In this document: piece by piece, positions 56,947 to 64,000 of the stretch
Layout: every line of letters starts with the position of its first letter
Position numbering within the stretch: the first letter of the stretch is position 1
Source of the DNA: Paracoccaceae bacterium
Lineage (GTDB): Bacteria; Pseudomonadota; Alphaproteobacteria; Rhodobacterales; Rhodobacteraceae
Reading direction: 5' to 3'
Assembly (NCBI GenBank): GCA_029862205.1
Contig: JAOTXT010000019.1
Coordinates: 284 to 64,283, forward strand
Length of the DNA: 64,000 bases
Position numbers and translations under genes: made by a program
Notes under the pieces: generated by a model
What the model was told of the DNA's origin: nothing
Seen by the model: the letters and a program-made list of their open reading frames with translations, nothing else
Database searches by the model: none

Positions 56947-56969
56947 GGTGGGGTGAAACCCCACCCTAC
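56947..56969 (-). repeat. Single GTAG-type REP
   Basis: Revcomp GTAGGGTGGGGTTTCACCCCACC. Confidence 0.75.
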
Positions 56970-56991
56970 CGATGCGGCTCCACCCGCCCAA

Positions 56992-57024
56992 AGAAAAAAC
57001 CCGCCAGGCTGGGCCCGGCGGGTT
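56992..57024 (-). terminator. Intrinsic terminator after carD
   Basis: aacccgcc...ggcgggtt stem preceded on the plus strand by an A-run, which is a T-run on the minus strand. Confidence 0.7.
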
Positions 57025-57046
57025 CAATCACATCTACTGAGGGAGA

Positions 57047-57562
57047 TCAGGCGGCCTTGGCCAACAGCACCGCGTCCACCCTCTCGGCCGCGTTGCTCTC
57101 GTCCACACGCTCGACCGCCGCGACTTCGCGGGTCAGCCGCTCGAGCGCAGCTTCGTAAAGCTGACGCTCGGAATAGGACTGCTCCGGCTGGTCGCCGCCG
57201 CGATAGAGATCGCGCACCACCTCGGCGATCGAGATCAGATCGCCCGAATGGATCTTCTGTTCATACTCCTGCGCACGGCGCGACCACATGGCACGCTTCA
57301 CCTTCGCGCGGCCCTTCAGGGTGTCCAAAGCCTTGGCCACCAGGTCGGGGCTCGACAGCGAGCGCATGCCGATCGACGACGCTTTCGCAGTCGGCACCCG
57401 GAGGGTCATCTTGTCCTTCTCGAACGAGATCACGAAGAGCTCGAGGGACATGCCCGCGATCTCCTGCTTTTCGATCGAGACGATCTTGCCGACTCCATGC
57501 GCCGGATACACGACATACTCGTTCGCACGGAACTCGTACGCTGTGGGGTTCTTCTTCGACAT
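57047..57562 (-). CDS. carD: CarD/CdnL-family RNA-polymerase-binding regulator
   Basis: VVYPAHGVG, LRVP, MWSRRAQEYEQKI.SGDL, QSYSERQLYE. Confidence 0.95.
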   Translation of the reverse strand: MSKKNPTAYEFRANEYVVYPAHGVGKIVSIEKQEIAGMSLELFVISFEKDKMTLRVPTAKASSIGMRSLSSPDLVAKALDTLKGRAKVKRAMWSRRAQEYEQKIHSGDLISIAEVVRDLYRGGDQPEQSYSERQLYEAALERLTREVAAVERVDESNAAERVDAVLLAKAA

Positions 57563-57850
57563 GCTCTCTCCAGTCCGAGTCATTCCAGCCGCGGATTCGG
57601 TCCCCCGAGTCACGGTTGAAATTGAGCTACCCGGCGCAATGCCAGGCTTTTATAGTTTTTTTGCGTCACAAAAACAGGGCCGCCGAATGCCAGTCCCCCG
57701 GCGGCTTCCGTCACTTGTGCAACAATTGTGTAACAGATTCTGGCCCAAAATTCTACTCCTAGCGGTATCGGATCGATTCCACTCGAGTTGTGCCATGCAA
57801 CTTACGGTAAAACTGAGAGAATTTCTCCTTAAAGCTGAGTGACGTTAACG

Positions 57851-58189
57851 TCAATCACCCTTGCCAGGCGCTTCGGAGAAATATTTTTCCAGCTTTCCCG
57901 ATTCGCCATCAAATTTCTCGGCATCGTCCGGGGACTCGCCCTTGATGGTGATATTCGGCCAAAGCTCGGAATATTTCAGGTTGAAGCCGACCCATTTCTC
58001 CATATCGGCCTCGGTATCGGGGCGGATCGCATCGGCGGGACATTCCGGCTCGCAGACGCCGCAATCGATGCATTCGTCCGGATGGATCACCAGCATGTTC
58101 TCGCCCTCATAGAAGCAATCCACTGGGCAGACCTCGACGCAATCCATGTATTTGCACCGGATGCAATTGTCGGTCACCACATAGGTCAT
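57851..58189 (-). CDS. fdxA: 7Fe-type ferredoxin
   Basis: [26 protein letters not shown]...[12 protein letters not shown]. Confidence 0.96.
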   Translation of the reverse strand: MTYVVTDNCIRCKYMDCVEVCPVDCFYEGENMLVIHPDECIDCGVCEPECPADAIRPDTEADMEKWVGFNLKYSELWPNITIKGESPDDAEKFDGESGKLEKYFSEAPGKGD

Positions 58190-58363
58190 TGATCAGATCT
58201 CCGGGATCGGGTGGAACCACGGGCGTTACACCGGGGGCTGGGTGTGGTTTCGGTTGGATTACGTCGTTGATGGTGTTGTAGGGAGCGGACCCGGCCGCTT
58301 CAAGGGCTGCAAGGCCACAGATGAGCGCCTTAGCGCCGCATGGTGGGGCCGCGCGGGAGTCAT

Positions 58364-58795
58364 CTAATCCGGGACGTCGCGCAAGGCGTCCGTGCGCCGG
58401 CGTTCCTTCTTTGTCGGCCGGCCCGAACCCGCGGCGCGGCTGGCGGGCGTTGACGGTACGGAGCCGGCGGCCGGTTTGGTTCCGGCTTCGTCGAGATCCG
58501 TATAAAGCGCCTGGGCCTCGGATGCCGGGCCGCGGCGATCGCCCAGCGCCTCGATCTGGATCACCCGGATGCGGCTGGCTTGCGGAAAGGTCAGTACATC
58601 GCCGGGCCTGACCGGTTGCGAGGGCTTGGCCACATGGGTGCCGTTGAGGCGCAGACGGCCCGAGCCCGCCAAAGCCGAGGCCAGCGCGCGCGACTTGAAG
58701 AAGCGCGCCTGCCATAGCCATTTGTCGACGCGGATTTTCGCCCCGGTCTTCGCCGGGATATTCTCTGGGGTGTTGACCAGCGAGGCGCCGGACAT
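58364..58795 (-). CDS. S4 RNA-binding protein (Hsp15/HslR-like)
   Basis: RVDKWLWQARFFKSR, RRGPASEAQALY, GRPTKKERR. Confidence 0.92.
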   Translation of the reverse strand: MSGASLVNTPENIPAKTGAKIRVDKWLWQARFFKSRALASALAGSGRLRLNGTHVAKPSQPVRPGDVLTFPQASRIRVIQIEALGDRRGPASEAQALYTDLDEAGTKPAAGSVPSTPASRAAGSGRPTKKERRRTDALRDVPD

Positions 58796-58801
58796 CCGCC
58801 G

Positions 58802-61765
58802 TCACTTGTCCTTCAGCTGCTGGAGAACCGCGAAAGGGCTATTCGGATCGGATTCGCGCTCGGCGCGTTTGGGCTTGGCCGACGCGCCCTCGCGGGGCGG
58901 GCGTGGTCCCTTGCCCTTCGGGCCGGCTTTCTTGCCGGAGAACTTGCGTTTCGTGCCGGGGCCACCGGCACCGCGCCGGGCCCCCTGCCCGCCCGGACGC
59001 GGACGGGGCTTGAGACGGAAGGTGTAGAAGATCTCGGCTTCGGGCTCGGCGGGCTCGGCAGGCTCGGCGGGCTCGGCGGGCTCGGCAGGCTCGGCGCCTG
59101 ACGCCGCCGCAGGATCACCCTCGGAAGGCGCTGCCTCTGCGGTCTCCGCGACGCTGGTCTCCGCGGCGCTGGTCTCCGCGGCGGCGGCGTCCCCGGCGTC
59201 CGGCGCGGGCTCTGCCGCCGTCTCCACCGGTTCATCCGCAGGTTCATTCGCCCCGGTTTCCGGCTCGATGGCCGGTGCGCCGGCGTCCGGTTCGGGCACA
59301 GGCGGCGGGGCCGCATCAGTCTCGGCATTGGACGGCTCCGGCACCTCGTCAGCCTTTGTGCGTTCGGGTTTCGGCCGTTCGCCCCGCTCGCCCTGGAAGC
59401 CCAGCGAGTCGAGGATGTCCGCGAATTGCTCCAGCGTGCAGCCGGTAATCGACAGCATATCCGGCGTCGCCTCGAAGCCGCCACGCACGTCCATCGGGCG
59501 CAAGAGATCCGCCAGCCGCTCGAGCATGTCGATCCTCAGCGCACGCTGGCCGCAGAGGCGGTAGCCGACCCTTTCGTAATACCCCTCTGGCGCGTCCTCG
59601 GCGGCGGGGATTGTGACCAGGCCAGGAGGCGGTGCCTCCGGGAACACCTCGAAGCCTTCCCAGAGGCTCCAGAGGATCAACCGCAGCCTGGTCGGCGCGG
59701 GCTTGAGCAGGAGCGGCATGAAGATGTTGTGCTGGCCAAACCGGACCCCGTGCTTGCGCAGGAGCCCGCGCTCGTCCTGGCCCAGCGCCTTGACGTCGTC
59801 GGCGACCTGGCGGCGCGGCACCACGCCCATCGCCTCGGCGATCTGGAATGCGACACCGCGGGCGAGCCCGGTCACAGTTTCGTCGGCCTGCATGGCGAGC
59901 AGCGGCTCGAACTGAGTGTTGATCCGCCGGGTAATCCAGTGGCTGAGGCGGCGCTCGACCTTCTCGGCGACCGTGGGCTCGGCAATGTCGTCTACGAAGA
60001 CCTTGACCTTGGGCGCCAGCGGGCTGTCGCCCTTTTCCAGCCGGCCGATGGCGTCGGTGCCCCACATCAGGCCGCCCTGCTCGGTCACTTCGAGCTCGGT
60101 ATCTGGGCTGATATAGAGCTTGTCGGAGCGGCGGGCGAACCCGGCCCGGGGCGCCGCCAGCGAGGCCATCCGCAGCGTCTTGACCTCCTCCTCGGAGGCG
60201 GATTCGTCGACGGTGAAGCGAAACCCGTCGATGCGGCCGACGAAATGGCCCTCTACGCTAACCTCGCCCTTGTCGTTCACTTCGGCCACAAGCCGTTCCT
60301 TCTGTTTCAGGCGGCGCAACAGCACGCTGGTGCGCCGGTCGACGAAGCGCTGCGTGAGCCGTTCGTGCAGCGCCTCGGACAGCCGATCCTCGACCTCGCG
60401 CGTCGTATCGCGCCAGCCCTCCGCGTCATCCAGCCACTTTCCACGGTTCGCCACATAGGTCCAGGTACGGATGAAGGCGAGCCGCTTGGACAGCGCGTCG
60501 ATGTCACCGTCGACCTGGTCGATCCGCCTGACCTGCCCAGCAAACCAGTCGGCCGGTATTACGCCAGGATCGGATAGCAGGAAACGGTAAATCCGCGCCA
60601 GCAGTGTAGCATGATCGCCGCTCAAGGTCTTGCGGAAGTCCGGGATCTGGCAGACGTCCCAAAGGAGGCGCACCCGGTCGCCGCGGGTGGTGAGATCCTG
60701 GATTTCGGGTTCGACCCAGATGCGTTTGAGGGCCGCCAGGTCGTCGGCCTCGCGGGCGCGGGTCAGGTCGGGCTCGCTCGGCCCCGCTTCCAGGCTGGCG
60801 ATCAGGGCTGGAACCGAGCCGAATTCCAAGTCCGAGTTGCGCCACATGACGCGGGCGAGCGGCTTGAACCGGTGGTTCTCGATCGCCTCGACTGTTTCGG
60901 GCGCCAGCGGCGCGGCCTCGCCCGTGACCCCGAAGCTGCCGTCCTTGGTATAGCGTCCGGCGCGCCCGGCGATCTGGGCCAGTTCGTTCGGTTCCAGCCG
61001 CCGGTGGCGGTGGCCGTCGAACTTTGTGACGCCAGCGAAGGCCACATGGTCGACATCCATGTTCAGCCCCATGCCGATGGCGTCTGTGGCGACGATGTAA
61101 TCGACATCGCCGTTCTGGTAGAGCGCGACCTGGGCGTTGCGGGTGCGCGGGGAAAGCGCGCCCATCACCACCGCCGCCCCGCCCCGCTGGCGACGGATCA
61201 ACTCGGCGATGGCGTAGACCTGGTCGGCGGAGAAGGCGACGACGGCGGTGCGGGGTTTCAGCCGCGAGATCTTGCGCGACCCTTCGTAGCTGAGCGTCGA
61301 GAACCGCTCGCGCGCGTCAAAACGCGCCCGCGGCACCAGGCTGGCGATCCGCCCGCGCATGTTGTCCGAGCCGAGGAACAGGGTCTCGTGGCGTCCCCGG
61401 GCATAGAGCAGCCGGTCGGTGAAGACATGGCCGCGCTCCGGATCGGCACAAAGCTGGATCTCGTCGATGGCGACGAAATCGGCGCCGACCTCCAGGGGCA
61501 TCGCCTCGGCAGTGCAGATGTAATAGCGCGCCCGCGCCGGCTGGATCTTCTCCTCGCCGGTGATCAGCGCGGCTTCGTTCGGCCCTCGCAGCTGACAGAC
61601 CCGGTCGTAGATCTCGCGCGCCAGCAGCCTCAGCGGCAGGCCGATTATCCCTGAGCCGCGCGACAGCATGCGCTCGACCGCGTAATGGGTCTTGCCCGTA
61701 TTCGTCGGGCCCAGGACGGCTGTGACCGGACCCTGTTGTTCGGGCGAGGAGAAACGGTGGTTCAA
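58802..61765 (-). CDS. SUV3-like SF2 helicase
   Basis: LGPTNTGKT, IDEIQ, VATDAIGMGLN, QIAGRAGR; low-complexity Ala/Glu/Pro tail. Confidence 0.93.
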   Translation of the reverse strand: MNHRFSSPEQQGPVTAVLGPTNTGKTHYAVERMLSRGSGIIGLPLRLLAREIYDRVCQLRGPNEAALITGEEKIQPARARYYICTAEAMPLEVGADFVAIDEIQLCADPERGHVFTDRLLYARGRHETLFLGSDNMRGRIASLVPRARFDARERFSTLSYEGSRKISRLKPRTAVVAFSADQVYAIAELIRRQRGGAAVVMGALSPRTRNAQVALYQNGDVDYIVATDAIGMGLNMDVDHVAFAGVTKFDGHRHRRLEPNELAQIAGRAGRYTKDGSFGVTGEAAPLAPETVEAIENHRFKPLARVMWRNSDLEFGSVPALIASLEAGPSEPDLTRAREADDLAALKRIWVEPEIQDLTTRGDRVRLLWDVCQIPDFRKTLSGDHATLLARIYRFLLSDPGVIPADWFAGQVRRIDQVDGDIDALSKRLAFIRTWTYVANRGKWLDDAEGWRDTTREVEDRLSEALHERLTQRFVDRRTSVLLRRLKQKERLVAEVNDKGEVSVEGHFVGRIDGFRFTVDESASEEEVKTLRMASLAAPRAGFARRSDKLYISPDTELEVTEQGGLMWGTDAIGRLEKGDSPLAPKVKVFVDDIAEPTVAEKVERRLSHWITRRINTQFEPLLAMQADETVTGLARGVAFQIAEAMGVVPRRQVADDVKALGQDERGLLRKHGVRFGQHNIFMPLLLKPAPTRLRLILWSLWEGFEVFPEAPPPGLVTIPAAEDAPEGYYERVGYRLCGQRALRIDMLERLADLLRPMDVRGGFEATPDMLSITGCTLEQFADILDSLGFQGERGERPKPERTKADEVPEPSNAETDAAPPPVPEPDAGAPAIEPETGANEPADEPVETAAEPAPDAGDAAAAETSAAETSVAETAEAAPSEGDPAAASGAEPAEPAEPAEPAEPAEPEAEIFYTFRLKPRPRPGGQGARRGAGGPGTKRKFSGKKAGPKGKGPRPPREGASAKPKRAERESDPNSPFAVLQQLKDK
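59043..59096. repeat. 9-bp tandem repeat x6 encoding (AEP)n in the helicase tail
   Basis: ggctcggc(g/a) x6. Confidence 0.9.
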
Positions 61766-61849
61766 GAACGGATCCCTTGATCGGGGTCGGTTTACGTCGG
61801 CCGGCTCATTCTGACTGGCTTATATTGGCCGGGGCACCCGCACCTAGGC

Positions 61850-62563
61850 TCAGAGCTCGCGCCCGTCAACCTCGGGCGCCAGGCGTTCGACCCCCTCGGC
61901 CGCGCCGGGCAAGTTGGGATGGATCTCCAGCCCGCGCCGGTAGGCACGCATGGCGCCCGGCTTGTCGCCCAGGCGTTCCAGAATGATCCCCAGCCCCGAC
62001 AGCGCGCCGAAATGGCGCGGCTCGAGCGCCAGCGTCCGCTGGATGTCGGCAACCGAGTGGCCGTATTCCTCGAGCAGGTAATAGACGGTGGCGCGCTTGT
62101 TCCACCCCTCGGCGAACTCCGGGGCCAGGCGGACAAGGTCGTTCAGGAACCTCAGCGCCAGTTCGTATTCGCCCGCCTCCATGGCCCGCGCCGCGCGGAC
62201 CAGAAGCAGGTCCATCGAGGGCGATCCGCTGCGCGCCCAGACCGACCAGATTTCCTGCTGCACGTTCTCCCAGGATGGGTTTTCCCTCTGGGCGAGCTGA
62301 CCGAATAGCTGGTCGAGCCGGGCCCGGCGCTGGGCCACCTCTTCCTCGGGCGAACGCGGAGTGGCGCGCGCGGCCGTCCCTTCACCGCCGCCCTCGGGCG
62401 CCGTCTCGGGCGCAATCCCGGTGGCGGCAGGCCCGTTCGGGTTCTGCGCGTCGGGATTCTGGGCCTCGGGGTCGTTGGCCGAGGGTTGCGCAGGCGCCAC
62501 GCCTGCACCAAGTGACAGCCACAGGGCAAAGGTTAGGGCAAGCAGGCGATTCCATTCGGTCAT
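61850..62563 (-). CDS. Exported TPR-repeat protein
   Basis: Signal peptide; P.FAEGWNKRAT, LEPRHFGALSGLG. Confidence 0.9.
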   Translation of the reverse strand: MTEWNRLLALTFALWLSLGAGVAPAQPSANDPEAQNPDAQNPNGPAATGIAPETAPEGGGEGTAARATPRSPEEEVAQRRARLDQLFGQLAQRENPSWENVQQEIWSVWARSGSPSMDLLLVRAARAMEAGEYELALRFLNDLVRLAPEFAEGWNKRATVYYLLEEYGHSVADIQRTLALEPRHFGALSGLGIILERLGDKPGAMRAYRRGLEIHPNLPGAAEGVERLAPEVDGREL

Positions 62564-62643
62564 TGCCTAATGATAGGCGCCAAGGATACCTCTGCAAGCG
62601 CGATCCCGTAGCGGGTGTCGCGATGATTATAGGAGAGATGTCT

Positions 62644-62934
62644 ATGAGCGAGGCAGTGGCCGGGGCGATCGAAGCCCTTAAGGAAAAGCTGGACGGCACG
62701 GATATCGAGGAAACCGTCAAATTCGACATCGAGGACGAGGGCACGATCCTGGTCCAGAACGGCGAGGTCGCGGCCGGTGACGGCGATGCGGAGGTGACGA
62801 TCAGCGCCAGCCTGGACACGTTCCGCGAGATCTTCGACGGCGAATTGTCGCCGACCGCTGCCTACATGTCGGGCCGCATGGCGATTGAGGGCGACATGGG
62901 TGTCGCGATGAAGCTGAGCCAAGTGCTGGGCTAG
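62644..62934 (+). CDS. SCP2 sterol-carrier-domain protein
   Basis: TVKFDIEDEG, ADVT-like AEVTIS, PTAAYMSGRM.IEGDMGVAMKL. Confidence 0.9.
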   Translation: MSEAVAGAIEALKEKLDGTDIEETVKFDIEDEGTILVQNGEVAAGDGDAEVTISASLDTFREIFDGELSPTAAYMSGRMAIEGDMGVAMKLSQVLG

Positions 62935-62941
62935 TAGGGCC

Positions 62942-63865
62942 ATGCCCGCGGTTTCCCTTCCCCCGGGCGGCATCCCCTGGGATCAGGAACTGCCACTGGA
63001 GACCGCCGAGGGCGTGCGGCTGCGCGGCGCGCTGTGGCGCGGCGGCGACCGGGGTCTGGCGCTGCTGTTGAACGGGCGAACCGAGTTCCTGGAGAAATGC
63101 GCGGTCCCGGCGGCGGAATTGGTGAAGCGCGGCTTCTCGGTCGCCAGTGTCGATTGGCGAGGGCAGGGCCTGTCGCAGCGGCTGCTGGACAACCCCCGGA
63201 AGGGGCATGTGAGCGCCTTCACCGATTTTCACCTGGACTTGCAGGCGCTGACCGAGGCCCCGGCGGTCCGCGAGATCGGCGCCCCGCGGCTGATGCTGGC
63301 CCATTCGATGGGCGGGGCGATCGGGCTGGGTGCCATCGCACGCGGGGCCGTCGCACCGGACGCGGTGATCCTGTCGGCGCCAATGTTGGGCATTTGCCTG
63401 GGCGTGACCGGCCGCCTGGCAACCGGTATCCTGCTGCCGCCCGCCGGGGCGCTGGGGCTGCTGGAGCGGTGGCCGCCCTTCGCGCCCAAGACGCCTTATG
63501 TGTTCAAGGGCTACCGGAAGAACGTGCTGACCGGCGACCAGGCGATGTTCGACTGGATGGCCGATGCGCTGCGTGACGAACCGCGGCTGCAATTGGCCGC
63601 GCCGACCATGGGCTGGATGCGCGCGGCGCTGGATGAGGGTGCCTATTTGGCCAATCACGGACCACTCGGCTGTCCGGCGCTGATGCTGCTAGGCAGCGCC
63701 GAGGCGGTCGTCGACCCGGCCGCGATCCGCACGGGCGCCCCGCGCCTGGGCGCTGAACTGGTCCAGATCGACGGAGCCCGGCACGAGGTGCTGATCGAGA
63801 CCCCGTCCCTGCGGGATCAGGCTTGGGCGGCGATTGATGGGCTGCTTGGACGGGCGGGGGTGTGA
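62942..63865 (+). CDS. Alpha/beta hydrolase (lysophospholipase L2-like)
   Basis: GRTEFLEK, DWRGQGLS, AHSMGG nucleophile elbow, GARHEVL.E. Confidence 0.9.
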   Translation: MPAVSLPPGGIPWDQELPLETAEGVRLRGALWRGGDRGLALLLNGRTEFLEKCAVPAAELVKRGFSVASVDWRGQGLSQRLLDNPRKGHVSAFTDFHLDLQALTEAPAVREIGAPRLMLAHSMGGAIGLGAIARGAVAPDAVILSAPMLGICLGVTGRLATGILLPPAGALGLLERWPPFAPKTPYVFKGYRKNVLTGDQAMFDWMADALRDEPRLQLAAPTMGWMRAALDEGAYLANHGPLGCPALMLLGSAEAVVDPAAIRTGAPRLGAELVQIDGARHEVLIETPSLRDQAWAAIDGLLGRAGV

Positions 63866-64000
63866 GGAGATCGTTTGCGCGAAAATACGGTGTACGATGC
63901 CACTGCAAGAGTGTGAACAGGGTCGGTCTTGCGCCGGTTGTCAGACAATCCTGAGCACGCCTCTGGGCGTCCGGTTCGTGCCACTGGCAGACATTCGCCT

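Noticed and set aside
63866-64000. GCCACTG motifs at the right edge as a cobalamin riboswitch
   Set aside because: The other conserved B12-box elements are not present in the visible sequence.

Overview
GC-rich alphaproteobacterial chromosome segment (Rhodobacterales-like and probably marine, inferred from gene content). From left to right: (1) the edge of a probable genomic island next to the 3' end of tRNA-Asn(GTT); (2) an IclR regulator and an AAA ATPase split by an in-frame TAG; (3) a bgsBA-like pair (HlyD-type protein plus a PilZ-bearing GT2 glucan synthase); (4) a complete 2,456-bp IS1595-family transposon with 24-bp imperfect TIRs and an 8-bp TTAAAATT duplication, carrying a Panacea(DUF4065)/RelE-like pair and two small ORFs; (5) the propionate/methylmalonyl-CoA cluster (pccR, pccB, pccA, mutase, maeB, prpE); (6) a three-gene signalling module (PruR-like pterin-binding protein, a sensor with an intact H-box but degenerate ATPase domain, and a REC-Hpt protein), followed by a RIME/Bru-RS-like repeat and a candidate CtrA-linked small RNA; (7) betI-gst-betA; (8) form II coxG-S-L-M; (9) housekeeping genes (folD, queF, purD, xseA, xerD, aroK, aroB, carD, fdxA, SUV3-like helicase), with a DddQ-like cupin, a creatinase, an orphan Flp pilin and GTAG-type REP elements. 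The best candidates for undescribed biology are the pterin-sensor phosphorelay (25908-28950) and the TA-carrying IS1595 inserted just upstream of the glucan synthase operon. All family assignments come from motif recognition by eye; no database searches were run.
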